Source of the DNA: Candidatus Nitrospira inopinata | Lineage (GTDB): Bacteria; Nitrospirota; Nitrospiria; Nitrospirales; Nitrospiraceae | Reading direction: 5' to 3' | DNA: 32,000 bases | Assembly: GCF_001458695.1 (NCBI RefSeq) | Contig: NZ_LN885086.1 | Span: forward strand, 660,001-692,000 | In this document: positions 9,337-19,967 of the stretch, one piece after another | How the letters are laid out: each line of letters begins with the position of its first letter | Position numbering within the stretch: position 1 is the stretch's first letter | Notes under the pieces: generated by a model | What the model saw: the letters and a program-made list of their open reading frames with translations, nothing else | Database searches by the model: none | Told to the model about the DNA's origin: nothing | Position numbers and translations under genes: made by a program

Positions 9337-10491
9337 TCAGGCCTTCGGCCGCTTCGTAAAGAAGCCGTAGGCGACGAGCCGGAGCGCCACGGCGAAGCCC
9401 GTCAGCGCAAGCATATCCGTCCACATGGCGTTCAGGTCCAGACCCTTCAGAAAACTGGTCCGCGCCACATCGGTGTAGTACATGGCCGGAAACGCATGGG
9501 CCTGCAGCCGCGCCCCAGGACTCAACGACGACACCGGCACCAGCAATCCTGAAAAGAGGATGGTGGGCACCATCGCAATGATCATCGTGATGATCAGCGC
9601 GGCCATCTGCGTGCGCACCAGCAACGAAATGACAAGCCCGATCCCCGTGCCGCACAGGATAAACAGCAGAGAAGCCGCGACAAACACCGTCGTGCTTCCC
9701 TTGAACGGCACTTGAAAAAGCCAGACGGCGATCGCCCACAGCACGGCGACATTGATCGCCGAGATGACGAAATAGGGAGCGAGTTTGCCGGCCAGAAATT
9801 CGGCCTTGCCGACCGTGGAAGCGTAAATATTGTAGATCGATCCGGTTTCCTTCTCCCGAACCACGCCCAACGCCGTCAAGAGCGGAGACGCCACCATCAA
9901 CGTGAACATGATCAGCGCCGGTACCATGGACCACGTGCTGCGGACCTCCTCATTGTAGAGGTATCGGGTTTCCAACATCACCGGCTCCGCGAGCCTGCGC
10001 GCCTCCTCCGGCGTCATCCCTCTTGTGCGGGCTAAAAAACCGGCAAACAGTTCCTGCGAAAAAGCGCGGTTGAGGGCGATGACGTACCCCTTCGTCGTAT
10101 CGGCGTGGAGAGGGAAGGTTCCGTCCAACAGGGTTTGGACGGTCACGGCCCTTCCCGCCGACAGCCGTTCCTCGAACCGCTCGGGGATGACGATCGCCAG
10201 ACGGATCGCCGTATCGCCCAACATCCGGTCGATCTCCCGTTCATCCTGGACGGACCCTCGATAGTCGAAATAGCGCGACTCGATGAACCGGTAGACGTAA
10301 TCACGGCTCAACGATGACCGGTCCCGATCCAACACCGCAAAGGGGATCCGTTCGACGTCCAACACCAGCCCGTACCCGAACACCACCATCCAGAGCGGCG
10401 GGAGCAAAAAGGCCATGAGTAGAAACAGCCGGTTGCGGACCGTTTCCCTCCATTCCTTCCTCGCCACGGCGGCAACGCGCCTTGGATTCAT
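9337..10491 (-). CDS. ABC-2 type transporter permease (YbhS/YbhR-like)
   Basis: 384 aa with the same architecture as the neighbouring permease (KEWRETVRNRLFLLMAFLLPPLWMVVFGY..., C-terminal TM bundle). Its ATG at 10491 overlaps the TGA of the ATPase gene (ATGA, 10488..10491). Confidence 0.8.
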   Translation of the reverse strand: MNPRRVAAVARKEWRETVRNRLFLLMAFLLPPLWMVVFGYGLVLDVERIPFAVLDRDRSSLSRDYVYRFIESRYFDYRGSVQDEREIDRMLGDTAIRLAIVIPERFEERLSAGRAVTVQTLLDGTFPLHADTTKGYVIALNRAFSQELFAGFLARTRGMTPEEARRLAEPVMLETRYLYNEEVRSTWSMVPALIMFTLMVASPLLTALGVVREKETGSIYNIYASTVGKAEFLAGKLAPYFVISAINVAVLWAIAVWLFQVPFKGSTTVFVAASLLFILCGTGIGLVISLLVRTQMAALIITMIIAMVPTILFSGLLVPVSSLSPGARLQAHAFPAMYYTDVARTSFLKGLDLNAMWTDMLALTGFAVALRLVAYGFFTKRPKA

Positions 10492-12467
10492 GCGCCAACC
10501 GTTTGCCCGGACGGCCGTTCCGCTCGTTCGAGCCCCATGATGCGGTACACGAAGACGTCTTCCAGACTCAACGGCCGTTCATTCATCGACAGGACGTTCA
10601 GCCCGCTTTCTTCAAGCGCGTGGCGCGCACAGGCCTGGTCCCGATCGAGGTCTCGGCAAAAGAAATGCACTTTGGTCCCGTAGAGCGCCGTGCCGGGAAA
10701 GCCCGCCTGCTGCAATCGCGCCAATGCCAGCCCAGGCTGATCGACCGCGACTTCACACAGCGAGCCGGCTTCCCGCCTGACTTGACGCTTCATGTCCGTT
10801 GGCGTCCCTTCCGCCACGATCCGGCCTGCGTACATGAGCGCGAGTTTGTCGCAATGTTCGGCTTCGCTCATATGATGGGTGGTGATCAGAATCGCCACGC
10901 CTTCCTGCCTGGCGAGCCCCGTCAATACGTTCCAAAATCGTCGACGTCCGATCGGATCGACGCCCGAGGTCGGCTCATCCAGAAACAACACGCGAGGGCC
11001 GTGCACCAACGCGCACCCGAGCGCAAGCCGCTGGCGCATTCCCATTGGTAAGCGACCGGTCAAGCTGGATTCATACCCGGACAACCCCGCCATGGCGACG
11101 ATCCCCCGAACCCGCTCCCTCGTTGCGCGTTTATCAAGCCCGTACATCCCGGCGAAGAGCTTGATGTTCTCTTCCACGGTCAGATCAAGATAAAGCGAGA
11201 ACGCCTGAGACATGTATCCGATTCGTTCCTTGATGGAGCGAGCCGCCGTCTTCATGTCCGCCCCCGCCACCAGGCCGGCCCCGGCCGTAGGCGGGAGAAG
11301 ACCGGTCAGCATCTTGATGACCGTCGTTTTGCCCGCTCCATTGGCGCCCAGCAAGCCGAAGATTTCCCCTTGCTTGACCTGAAAGGTGACGTGATCCACC
11401 GCGCGAAACGATCCGAAATCCCGCGTGAGCGCTTCCGCTTCAATCGCCGCGTCGTCGCGATCGTGCGCCGCGGCCCCGACCTGCGCGGGAGCCGGCGCCT
11501 CCTGCCGCCCGCCCCTTTGAAGCAGCAGCGACACGAACACGTCCTCCAATTCCGGCTCGCTCACGCCGATCGCCGAGAGCGCCAGATCTCCGGCGACGGC
11601 CGCGACTTGTCGCCTCGCCTCCGACCGATCGTCGGCGTCGATGAAGACGCGCACCGAGGGACCGAACGAGTCGACCTGTCCGAACGACCGCTTCAATCGG
11701 GCGATCGCTTCAAGCTGAGACGCCGCTTCAAAGGTCACCGCGAAACCGGGAACCGTCGCCCGCACGTTCGCCGGCGTGCCGGAGGCCAAGACCTTGCCGT
11801 TCGAGAGAAAGGACAGGTGATGAAACCGCTCGGCCTCGTCCATGTAAGCCGTGGAGACCAACGCCGTCATTCCCTTCTCTTGCACCAGTTCGGACAGAAT
11901 CGACCAGAAATCCCGGCGTGAAAGGGGATCGACGCCCGTCGTCGGCTCATCCAGAACGGCCAGTTCCGGTTCATGAATGAGGGCGCAGATCAATCCGAGT
12001 TTCTGTTTCATCCCGCCGGACAGATGTTTCATGGGTCGGTCGCGAAATCGGTCGAGTCTGGTTATCGCCAGCAGTTCGGCCTTTCGCTCGTTCAGCGCGT
12101 CTCGCGGGACCGCGTGAAGGTCGGCGAAGAAATCGACATTTTCCTCAACGGACAACTCTTGATATAGATTCAGACCGAGTCCTTGAGGCAAAAATCCGAT
12201 CCTCGATTTGATGCGCTCCGCGGCCCGTTCCGAATCGACCGTGGTCCCGAACACTTCGACGATCCCTTCGTCATACGTCAGCACGCCGGCGACGGCCTTC
12301 ATCAGGCTGCTTTTGCCGGCGCCGTCTGGCCCGATCAAGCCGTAGATCGCGCCCTTGTTCACGGTGAGGTCGATCCCGTCGACGGCCACGTGCTTTTTGT
12401 ACCGTTTGCGAAGTCCCGCAACCCGGACGACCGGTGAGCCCGACCCATGTGAGGCGCCGTTCGTCAT
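10488..12467 (-). CDS. ABC transporter ATP-binding protein with two fused nucleotide-binding domains (YbhF-like)
   Basis: There are two Walker A motifs (GPDGAGKSS, GANGAGKTT), two ABC signatures (LSGGMKQKL, LPMGMRQRL) and two Walker B motifs (LAVLDEPTTGVD, VLFLDEPTSGVD). The track ORF opens at the GTG at 12509. I prefer the ATG at 12467 (MTNGASHG...), which has an AAGGGAAGGA SD about 8 nt upstream. Confidence 0.88.
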   Translation of the reverse strand: MTNGASHGSGSPVVRVAGLRKRYKKHVAVDGIDLTVNKGAIYGLIGPDGAGKSSLMKAVAGVLTYDEGIVEVFGTTVDSERAAERIKSRIGFLPQGLGLNLYQELSVEENVDFFADLHAVPRDALNERKAELLAITRLDRFRDRPMKHLSGGMKQKLGLICALIHEPELAVLDEPTTGVDPLSRRDFWSILSELVQEKGMTALVSTAYMDEAERFHHLSFLSNGKVLASGTPANVRATVPGFAVTFEAASQLEAIARLKRSFGQVDSFGPSVRVFIDADDRSEARRQVAAVAGDLALSAIGVSEPELEDVFVSLLLQRGGRQEAPAPAQVGAAAHDRDDAAIEAEALTRDFGSFRAVDHVTFQVKQGEIFGLLGANGAGKTTVIKMLTGLLPPTAGAGLVAGADMKTAARSIKERIGYMSQAFSLYLDLTVEENIKLFAGMYGLDKRATRERVRGIVAMAGLSGYESSLTGRLPMGMRQRLALGCALVHGPRVLFLDEPTSGVDPIGRRRFWNVLTGLARQEGVAILITTHHMSEAEHCDKLALMYAGRIVAEGTPTDMKRQVRREAGSLCEVAVDQPGLALARLQQAGFPGTALYGTKVHFFCRDLDRDQACARHALEESGLNVLSMNERPLSLEDVFVYRIMGLERAERPSGQTVGA

Positions 12468-12512
12468 CCCACGTCCTTCCCTTATCGTCATCGACCGCGC
12501 GACCGTCACCCG

Positions 12513-13619
12513 CTATCGCGGTTTCACCCATGCCACGTCGTCTTTCCATCGAATGACCGCGTCGGCCGGGAGGCCTGGCGTGAGGCGACGGTCCGGGTTC
12601 TCGTTCAGATAGAGCTTGACGGCGTAGACGAGCTTGACCCGCTCGTCCCGCGTCTGGACTTCCTTCGGCGTGAACTCGGCTTTGGAGGAAATATGGCGAA
12701 CGCTGGCCTCAAACGGACGGTCCGGAAAGGCATCGATATAGATCCGGGCCGGCAAGTCCAGCCGAACCTTCCCGATCTGCGCTTCCGGCACGTACACTTT
12801 GAGATACAGGAGGTCAAGATCGACCAGCTCAAGCAGGGGCGAACCGGCCGCGACGACCTCGCCCACGTTGACCATCCTTGCAGTGATCGTTCCACTCGCG
12901 GGAGCCGTAATGGTGAGATCTCCCAGCACACTTTCGGCCTCCTCGAGGACCGCGTAGGCGTGGTCACGCTGCCGCTCGAGGGAGGCCACCTCTTCCTCCT
13001 TGGCCTTGATCCGATTCCATCCGAGTTCCGCCTGCGCCAACTCTTTCTTCGCCTGTGTCAGCCCCGAGAACGCAGCCGCCACTTCATTGTGCGCCACGTC
13101 CCAGCGCATTTGGGCTTGATCACGCTGTTGGAGAGAGGCCTGGTCTTTGTCGGCCAATTGCCGGAATCGTTCCGCGTCGCTTCTGGCTTCCCGCTCCACC
13201 GCGATCGCCTTGTCCCAAAGCGCCTGGGCGCGAACCACCTGCGCCTGAGCCGCTTCGATCATCAAAGGCACCTCGAGGTTCAACACGGCGAGCTGGGTAT
13301 GCGCGGCCTCCACCTGTGCCTCCAACACCTCGACCGCGTGTTTCGCCTGCCGAACACGGGCGCCCGCCTGACTGTCGTCCAATCGAATCAGCACCTGGCC
13401 GGCCGCAACCGTCGCCCCTTCGCGCGCAAGCAACTCGCGGACGCGGCCCGGAAACTTGCTCGACACCGTGATATGGTCGCCTTCGATGCGACCGTTCGCC
13501 TGAATCAAGCCATCCGGCAATCCGTCGTCTCCGATCCAGCGATCGAGCGCAAGATAAGCCCCGGTTGCCAAGCCCATCACGAGCACCGCCATCCCAAGCC
13601 GCTTCCAGCCGAGCGTCAT
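12513..13619 (-). CDS. HlyD-family membrane fusion protein (YbhG-like adaptor of the ABC pump)
   Basis: It has a single N-terminal TM (LGMAVLVMGLATGAYLAL) and a barrel-sandwich motif (ANGRIEGDHITVSSKFPGRVRELLAREGATVAAGQVLIRLDD). A long Ala/Gln/Glu coiled-coil hairpin follows, then VYVPEAQIGKVRLDLPARIYIDAFP. The track start (TTG at 13772) would overlap the TolC gene, so I use the ATG at 13619. Confidence 0.82.
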   Translation of the reverse strand: MTLGWKRLGMAVLVMGLATGAYLALDRWIGDDGLPDGLIQANGRIEGDHITVSSKFPGRVRELLAREGATVAAGQVLIRLDDSQAGARVRQAKHAVEVLEAQVEAAHTQLAVLNLEVPLMIEAAQAQVVRAQALWDKAIAVEREARSDAERFRQLADKDQASLQQRDQAQMRWDVAHNEVAAAFSGLTQAKKELAQAELGWNRIKAKEEEVASLERQRDHAYAVLEEAESVLGDLTITAPASGTITARMVNVGEVVAAGSPLLELVDLDLLYLKVYVPEAQIGKVRLDLPARIYIDAFPDRPFEASVRHISSKAEFTPKEVQTRDERVKLVYAVKLYLNENPDRRLTPGLPADAVIRWKDDVAWVKPR

Positions 13620-13755
13620 GAAGCCTGCGCCGCCTTGTTCGCCGCGCGTCGACCATCCACCGTGGGAAGTTTCTCTTTTGTCTGATGGATGACGCTTGAC
13701 AAGTGACGCCCCTTTCTCCCGCGAGTGACGACCGACACATGACGGTTGACCGTCT

Positions 13756-15162
13756 TCAGAAAAGCTTCTCAATCTCTCCCTTGGCCCGAGCCAGGTTGAT
13801 GCGCGAGGCGTTGAACCGGAAAAGCGCCTCGATCTGATTGTCCCGCGCCCTCTCCAGAGAGGTTTGCGCGTTCGTCACGTCGATATTGGTCCCCAATCCG
13901 GCGGTAAACCGATCCCGTGCGAAGGCCAGTTCCTTCAGCGCCAATTCCATGCCCTTCTCGGCGACGGCGACCTGCTGAATCGAAGATTCCAGGGTCAACA
14001 GGGCGTTGCGCACCTCCAACGTCACTTGATCCGACACATCCTTCATGCGGATAAGCTCCTGCCTCACCCGGCTGCGAGTTTCGGAAATGCGGGCCTCCCG
14101 CTGACCTCCGTCGAAAATGGGAATCGAGAAGGTCAACCCGATCGAATGGGTCGCCATCGCGTCTTCCGGCTTGACCCCGATCCAGCCGTAATCCCCGTTG
14201 AGCGAGAGCGTCGGCACCCGCTCGCCCGCCACGGAACTGAGACTGAGCGACGCCAGTTTCTGCCGCGTTTCCTGCGCCTTCAATTCCAGCCGTTGCGCTC
14301 GTGCGGCGGCGAGCGCCTCCTCCGGCCGCTGGGATTCAACGGGCAGCAATTTCAATTCGTCGGTCAACGTCAACCGCACGTCGAAGGAAATGCCAAGGGC
14401 GCGAAGCAGGTTGAGCCGCGCGCTTTCCCGTTCATTCTGAGACATCAGCAGCCGCTGTTTGTGATTCTCCAGTTGGACTTCTTCCCTGGTCACGTCCAAG
14501 CCGGTCGCAATGCCGGCGGCCTTACGGTCTTGCGCCAACTTGAGCAGTTGTCGGCTGAGCTCGATGTCGGCCTCTCTTGCCTTCACGGCTTCGTCGGCCC
14601 GCAACGCCTCCATGTACAACAAGCCGACCGTCGCCATGACGTCGCGCTTGGTCACCTCCGCTTCCAGCGACGCCACGTCCACCCCCGTTTTGGCGGCGCG
14701 CCACCGCTGAATCAGGCTGAGGCTGAACAGGTTTTGCACCAGCGTTCCCCTCGCGTCATAGACTTGAAAGGGTTCGGTCACGCTCCGGGTCAATCCGAAG
14801 TTCGCAAATTGATCCATCGGAAGGCCGAAGGCGGCCAGGTTCACCGTCTGGCTTCGACCGTTGACGTATCCAGACACGTTCGGGAGCAGGGCTCCGAGAC
14901 TGGCGTCGGCCTGGGCCTGCGCGGCGGCGATCCGCTCCTTGAGCAAACGGACGTTGACGTTGTTATCGATCGCCGCTTCAATGGCGTCTCGCAAGCTGAG
15001 CCGGAGTTCAGGAGGCCCGGCCCCCGAAGGCTCCTCCGCGCCGACGACTCGACCGCCGGAAGCGACGAAGCCGAAGAACGCCAAGCACGCAACCGCTACC
15101 GTACGAATGACGCGACGGCCCTCTATCGTGCTTATTCTTCGTGCCCGCTGAAGAAGTGCCAT
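13756..15162 (-). CDS. TolC-family outer-membrane efflux factor
   Basis: The protein shows two repeats of the long-helix/beta pattern. These include LSLRDAIEAAIDNNVNVRLLKERIAAAQAQAD, PTLSLNGDYGW, VFDGGQREARI-type strings and a C-terminal NQIEALFRFNASRINLARAKGEIEKLF. The track ORF starts at 15231. I prefer the ATG at 15162 (MALLQRARR..., GGAG SD 6 nt upstream), which yields a signal-peptide-like N-terminus. Confidence 0.82.
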   Translation of the reverse strand: MALLQRARRISTIEGRRVIRTVAVACLAFFGFVASGGRVVGAEEPSGAGPPELRLSLRDAIEAAIDNNVNVRLLKERIAAAQAQADASLGALLPNVSGYVNGRSQTVNLAAFGLPMDQFANFGLTRSVTEPFQVYDARGTLVQNLFSLSLIQRWRAAKTGVDVASLEAEVTKRDVMATVGLLYMEALRADEAVKAREADIELSRQLLKLAQDRKAAGIATGLDVTREEVQLENHKQRLLMSQNERESARLNLLRALGISFDVRLTLTDELKLLPVESQRPEEALAAARAQRLELKAQETRQKLASLSLSSVAGERVPTLSLNGDYGWIGVKPEDAMATHSIGLTFSIPIFDGGQREARISETRSRVRQELIRMKDVSDQVTLEVRNALLTLESSIQQVAVAEKGMELALKELAFARDRFTAGLGTNIDVTNAQTSLERARDNQIEALFRFNASRINLARAKGEIEKLF

Positions 15163-15342
15163 AGGATGCTCCATCTCCCAACAACCATGCCAGGTGCGCG
15201 GCGAGACGAGCCGCGTCGCCGACAGGGACATTCCAAGGGTTAACGGCGGTTGAACCGTCTTGGCGAGAAGACGATCTCTTCACGCCGGGAATCCTGCGAC
15301 AGAAGAACTGAGGGCCTGTCGCAGAACGCCACAGCCGCCGAC

Positions 15343-18300
15343 TCATACCGGCACGTTTTCTTGGCGCGGCTGATGAACGGTTGCTTCGCCGTTTCCCACG
15401 ACGGTCTCGGCCGTCGGTTTCCCGGCCCCGGGCCACGCTTCTCTTCTCCCTACCAGGCGGTAGTACAGCACAGGGATCACGATCAGCGTGAGCAACGTGG
15501 AGGCCCCCACGCCGAACAGCAGCGAGACCGCCAACCCCTGAAAAATCGGATCGAGGATGATGACGAAGGCGCCGACCATCAGCGCCGCCGCCGTCAAGAG
15601 AATCGGCCTGGTCCTGATGACGCCCGCCGTGATCACCGCCTCCAGCGGGGGAACCCCGCTCCGCTCTTGAAGCTGGATGAAATCGACCAGCAGAATCGAG
15701 TTGCGGACGATGATGCCGGCCAGCGCGATGAAACCGATCATCGACGTGGCCGTAAAATACGATCCCATCAACCAATGGCCCGGCAAGATGCCGATCAACG
15801 TGAGCGGGATCGGCGCCATGATGATCAACGGCGTAAGAAACGATTGGAACTGGCCCACGATCAGCAAATAGATGAGCAACATCGCCACGGCGAACGCGAT
15901 CCCCATGTCGCGAAACGTTTCATAGGTGATGTGCCATTCGCCGTCCCATTTCATCGAGAGCTTGTCTTCCGACCAGGGTTGCGAGGCATAGTATTGCTCG
16001 ATCCGATAGCCTTCGGCCGGTCGATAGTCTTCCAGCTTCTTTCCGACGCCCAATACTCCATAGACCGGGCTTTCGGCTTTTTCCGCCCCTACTCCTCCCA
16101 CGTCGGCCACGACATACACCACCGGCTTCTGGTTCTTATGGTAGATCGATTTCTCTTGAACCGTTTGCTCGACCGAGAGCAGCTCCGACAACGGCACGAG
16201 CCCGCCGCTCTTGGTTCGCAACGCGATCTCTCCCAGGTGCTCAAGCCCCGTCCGCTCTTCCAAGGGGAAACGCAGGGTGATCGGCACCGGACGCTTTTCT
16301 TGCGGGATATGAACGGATCCGACCGCCGTTCCTTCCAACGCCATGCGCAAAGTGTGCACGATCTCCTCGGAAGGAATCCCGGCAAGCGCCGCCTTCGCCC
16401 GATCGACCGTTACTACGTACTTCGCCTGGTCCTCTTCGATCGAGTCGTCCACGTCCACGACGCCGGGCGTGGATTCGAACAGAGCGCGGATCTCCTTGGC
16501 CACAGCCCGTTGCCGTTGATAATCCGGCCCGTAGATCTCCGCCACCAGCACGGATTGGACGGGAGGGCCCGGCGGCACTTCGACGACTTTGACATTCGCT
16601 CCATACCGGCGCGCGATGTCCTGGATGGGCTGACGGATCCGTCGCGCAATTTCATGGCTTTGGGCCTCCCGCTCATCCTTGGCCGCCAGGTTGATCTGAA
16701 TGTCGGCCTCGTGCGGCTGTGACCGAAGAAAATAGTGGCGGACCAATCCGTTGAAGTTGAAGGGGGACGCCGTGCCGACGTAGGCTTGATAGTCGCGAAC
16801 CTCCGGAACCGTGCGGATGTAGGACGTGAGCGCCTTCGCCACACGGGCGGTTTCCTCCAACGTCGTCCCTTCCGGCATGTCGATCACGACCTGAATCTCG
16901 CTCTTGTTGTCGAACGGCAACATCTTCACGGCCACGTGGCGCGTATAGAACATGAAACAGGACCCGACTAGCAGGAGCGCCACCAGGGTCAAGAATGAAT
17001 AGGCCAAGAACGGCCGTTGCAACAGCGGCGTCAGCGCCAGCCGATAGATCCTTGCCGTCAGACCGGCTTCTCCCCCCTCATGTTCGACCCCCTTGACGGT
17101 CGCTCCCTCGCGGTAACAGGTGCGGCAGAACCACGGAATCACGACAAAGGCGACGAGCAGAGAAAAAAACATCGCAATGGATGCGTTGATGGGGATCGGT
17201 CTCATGTACGGCCCCATCAGACCGGAGACGAATGCCATCGGCAGAAGCGCGGCGATGACGGTGAACGTGGCGAGGATCGTGGGATTGCCGACCTCATCGA
17301 CGGCGTAGATCGACGCCTCGTCGTGGGGACGAAGTCGGAGCATCAGGTGCCGATAGGTGTTTTCGACGACGACGATGGCGTCATCGACCAAGATGCCGAT
17401 GGAGAAGATCAACGCAAAGAGCGTGACGCGGTTGATCGTGTATCCGATCAACATGGAGGTAAAGAGCGTCAACGCCAGGGTCAGGGGAATGGCGATCGAC
17501 ACCACCAAGGCCGGACGCGGCCCCAAGGCGACGCCCAGAAATACGACCACCGCAACAACGGCGACGGCCAGATGCCACAGCAGCTCATTGGCCTTTTCCT
17601 GAGCCGTCTCTCCGTAGTCACGCGTGACGGTGACGCGGACATCGGCCGGAATCAGCACGCCTTTCATCTCCTCGATCTTGCGGATGACCTGCTCGGCGAC
17701 GGTGACCGCGTTGATCCCGCCCTGCTTGGCGATGGCCACGGTCACCGCCGACTCTTCTTCGAAGAAAGGTTCCTGACCGTCTGGCCTCGACGCCGTCTCC
17801 CGGGATGCCGGCTCGGTGAACGATGAGCGGGCGGCGGCTTCCCCCTGTCCGAACCAGACATAACTGGTCACTTCAGCAGGCCCGTCGATCACATCGGCCA
17901 CCTGCCGCAAATAGACCGGCCTTCGCTCGTTGACGCCGACCACCAACCCTTCCAAATCTTCTCGCGAGCGAATGAACCGGCCGGTCTCCACCAGGAAACT
18001 TCGGTTCCGGCTGTCGAATCGGCCGGTCGGGAGGGCCTGATTCTCACCCCGGATGATTCCCGCGATCTGAAGCGGGGTCAGCCCATAGGCCTTCAGCCGA
18101 GCAGGATCGAGCTGCACTCGCAGTTCGCGAGGCCGACCACCGACGATGAACCCGCCCGCCGTCCCGCCGATTTTTTTGATCTCTTCCAGCGCCTGCTCGG
18201 CCAATCGAGACAGTTCGAATTCTTCATACCGTCGGCTCGACAGCGTGATCGTGACAATCGGCACGTCGTTCACGTCTTTGGGCTTGACCAGAAACGACTC

Positions 18301-18720
18301 CGCGCCCGGCGGCAGGAGGTCCTGATTCGACATCAGCTTGTCGTAGAGATCGACCAGACTCTGCTCCATCGGCTGACCCACGTAAAAGCGGACGATGATC
18401 AGCGCGCCGCCCGGGCGAGAAATCGAATAGACGTATTCGACGCCCTTGATCTCCGAGATCTTCCGTTCGAACGGCTTGGTCAATTGCTCTTCGACGATTT
18501 TGGCGGAGGCGCCGGGAAAGGGCAGCCAGACGTCGGCCATGGGCACGACGATCTGCGGTTCTTCCTCGCGTGGCGTGGCGATCACGGCGAACAGGCCGAG
18601 CAGCAAGGCCCCCAACATGATCAGCGGCGTCAGTTTGCTTCCGATGAAGAGGGCGGCGATGCGGCCTGACAGGCCGTATCGCACGCGGGGATTAGTGGAA
18701 GGTGTCGGATGACCAGCCAT
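15343..18720 (-). CDS. RND efflux transporter, inner-membrane permease subunit (HAE/AcrB-like rather than heavy-metal type)
   Basis: 1125 aa with a 12-TM/two-large-loop layout. The TM4 motif is GILVDDAIVVVEN; the Asp-Asp pair is as in AcrB-type pumps, not the DFG..DGA motif of CzcA-type pumps. An AAAGGAAGA SD precedes the ATG at 18720. Confidence 0.9.
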   Translation of the reverse strand: MAGHPTPSTNPRVRYGLSGRIAALFIGSKLTPLIMLGALLLGLFAVIATPREEEPQIVVPMADVWLPFPGASAKIVEEQLTKPFERKISEIKGVEYVYSISRPGGALIIVRFYVGQPMEQSLVDLYDKLMSNQDLLPPGAESFLVKPKDVNDVPIVTITLSSRRYEEFELSRLAEQALEEIKKIGGTAGGFIVGGRPRELRVQLDPARLKAYGLTPLQIAGIIRGENQALPTGRFDSRNRSFLVETGRFIRSREDLEGLVVGVNERRPVYLRQVADVIDGPAEVTSYVWFGQGEAAARSSFTEPASRETASRPDGQEPFFEEESAVTVAIAKQGGINAVTVAEQVIRKIEEMKGVLIPADVRVTVTRDYGETAQEKANELLWHLAVAVVAVVVFLGVALGPRPALVVSIAIPLTLALTLFTSMLIGYTINRVTLFALIFSIGILVDDAIVVVENTYRHLMLRLRPHDEASIYAVDEVGNPTILATFTVIAALLPMAFVSGLMGPYMRPIPINASIAMFFSLLVAFVVIPWFCRTCYREGATVKGVEHEGGEAGLTARIYRLALTPLLQRPFLAYSFLTLVALLLVGSCFMFYTRHVAVKMLPFDNKSEIQVVIDMPEGTTLEETARVAKALTSYIRTVPEVRDYQAYVGTASPFNFNGLVRHYFLRSQPHEADIQINLAAKDEREAQSHEIARRIRQPIQDIARRYGANVKVVEVPPGPPVQSVLVAEIYGPDYQRQRAVAKEIRALFESTPGVVDVDDSIEEDQAKYVVTVDRAKAALAGIPSEEIVHTLRMALEGTAVGSVHIPQEKRPVPITLRFPLEERTGLEHLGEIALRTKSGGLVPLSELLSVEQTVQEKSIYHKNQKPVVYVVADVGGVGAEKAESPVYGVLGVGKKLEDYRPAEGYRIEQYYASQPWSEDKLSMKWDGEWHITYETFRDMGIAFAVAMLLIYLLIVGQFQSFLTPLIIMAPIPLTLIGILPGHWLMGSYFTATSMIGFIALAGIIVRNSILLVDFIQLQERSGVPPLEAVITAGVIRTRPILLTAAALMVGAFVIILDPIFQGLAVSLLFGVGASTLLTLIVIPVLYYRLVGRREAWPGAGKPTAETVVGNGEATVHQPRQENVPV

Positions 18721-18844
18721 GAATGTCCTGTCTTCCTTTCACCCTGTCACGACTTTGGTTCTTGGTGTCACGTCCACAGCCTGACGCATGAAGCACACCC
18801 CATCACACGATGGCACTTCAGCCTTCACGCGGGGACGGCGCACG

Positions 18845-19897
18845 CTACGAGGTGACAGGACCGGCGCCCTCGGCCGGATTGACCAGCGCCCCGTCGACGC
18901 CGAGGACCGCCTCGCGCAACACCGATTCTCCGGCGTTCACGCCCGAGAGGATCTCCACCTGCTTGTCGAAGCGCCGGCCGGTCTTGACCCAGCGGAGTCT
19001 GGCGATGCCATCTTGGCCGACGACGAAGACGCTCACAAGCTGGCCTCGTTCGGCAACGGCGGTCTCCGGCAACAGGATGGTAGGATGGGTTCCTCTTTCT
19101 AATTGAAACCGTCCGAACATGCCGCTTTTCAGTCCCGGCGTCGGCGGCAGGTCCACCTTCACGGTGAACGTGTGGGTCTGAGGATCGCCGGCGGGAAGGA
19201 TCCGCGCGACGGTCCCGGTCAACACTCGCCCGCCCAGAGCATCGATGACCACGGAGATCTTCTCACCCGGAGACAAGGACTTGATGTCGCCCTCCGCGAC
19301 GGTCGCCTCAAGCCGCAATTGCCGCGTATTTTCCATCCGCAGCAGCGGCTGTCCCGGCGAGGCCAACTCCCCGGCCTCGACGAATTTTTCGGTGATCACG
19401 CCGTCAAACGGCGCCCTGACGACCGTATAGCTGAGCTGCGCTTCGATCGCCTTTCGATTGGCCTCGGCCACTTTGTAGGCGCGAACGGCGTTTTCCATCT
19501 CCTGCTTTGAAACGGCGTCTCTCTCAAAGAGCTGGTTCATGCGATCGAGGTGTGCTCGCGCATTGTCGATCTCGGCGACGGCTCGAGCCAATTCCGCTTC
19601 CACATCGCGACTGTCGAGTCGGATCACGGGCTGGCCCTTGGAGACCGCCGTCCCCTCCCGCACCAATAATGTGTCGATCGTCCCCTGAATGCGACTGGAG
19701 AGCGTGGCCTGAAAGACGGCCGCAACCTGCCCGGTCACCTCGACAAGGACCGGCACGGGAGTCTGTGCCACCTCGATCACCTCGGCGCGGATCATCTTCT
19801 TAGGCTCGGATGAGCTCGGAACGGCGGGCGATTCTTCCCTTGTCCCGCATCCGGCCACCAGCAAGGCAGCCATGACTATGATGACTCCTCGTTTCAC
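18845..19897 (-). CDS. RND efflux periplasmic adaptor (membrane fusion) lipoprotein
   Basis: It carries biotinyl/lipoyl-like and beta-barrel MFP motifs (GQVAAVFQATLSSRIQGTIDTLLVREGTAVSKGQPVIRLD, YTVVRAPFDGVITEKFVEAGELASPGQPLL). The track start is the ATG at 19945. The GTG at 19897 has a strong GAGGAGG SD 7 nt upstream and gives a textbook lipoprotein signal, (M)KRGVIIVMAALLVAG-C. Confidence 0.85.
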   Translation of the reverse strand: MKRGVIIVMAALLVAGCGTREESPAVPSSSEPKKMIRAEVIEVAQTPVPVLVEVTGQVAAVFQATLSSRIQGTIDTLLVREGTAVSKGQPVIRLDSRDVEAELARAVAEIDNARAHLDRMNQLFERDAVSKQEMENAVRAYKVAEANRKAIEAQLSYTVVRAPFDGVITEKFVEAGELASPGQPLLRMENTRQLRLEATVAEGDIKSLSPGEKISVVIDALGGRVLTGTVARILPAGDPQTHTFTVKVDLPPTPGLKSGMFGRFQLERGTHPTILLPETAVAERGQLVSVFVVGQDGIARLRWVKTGRRFDKQVEILSGVNAGESVLREAVLGVDGALVNPAEGAGPVTS

Positions 19898-19967
19898 TCC
19901 GCGCCTCCTCACAGTGTCCCATTCCGCCTTTGATGTCCAACCCATCGCCCGTCTCAGCCCCGCCCGC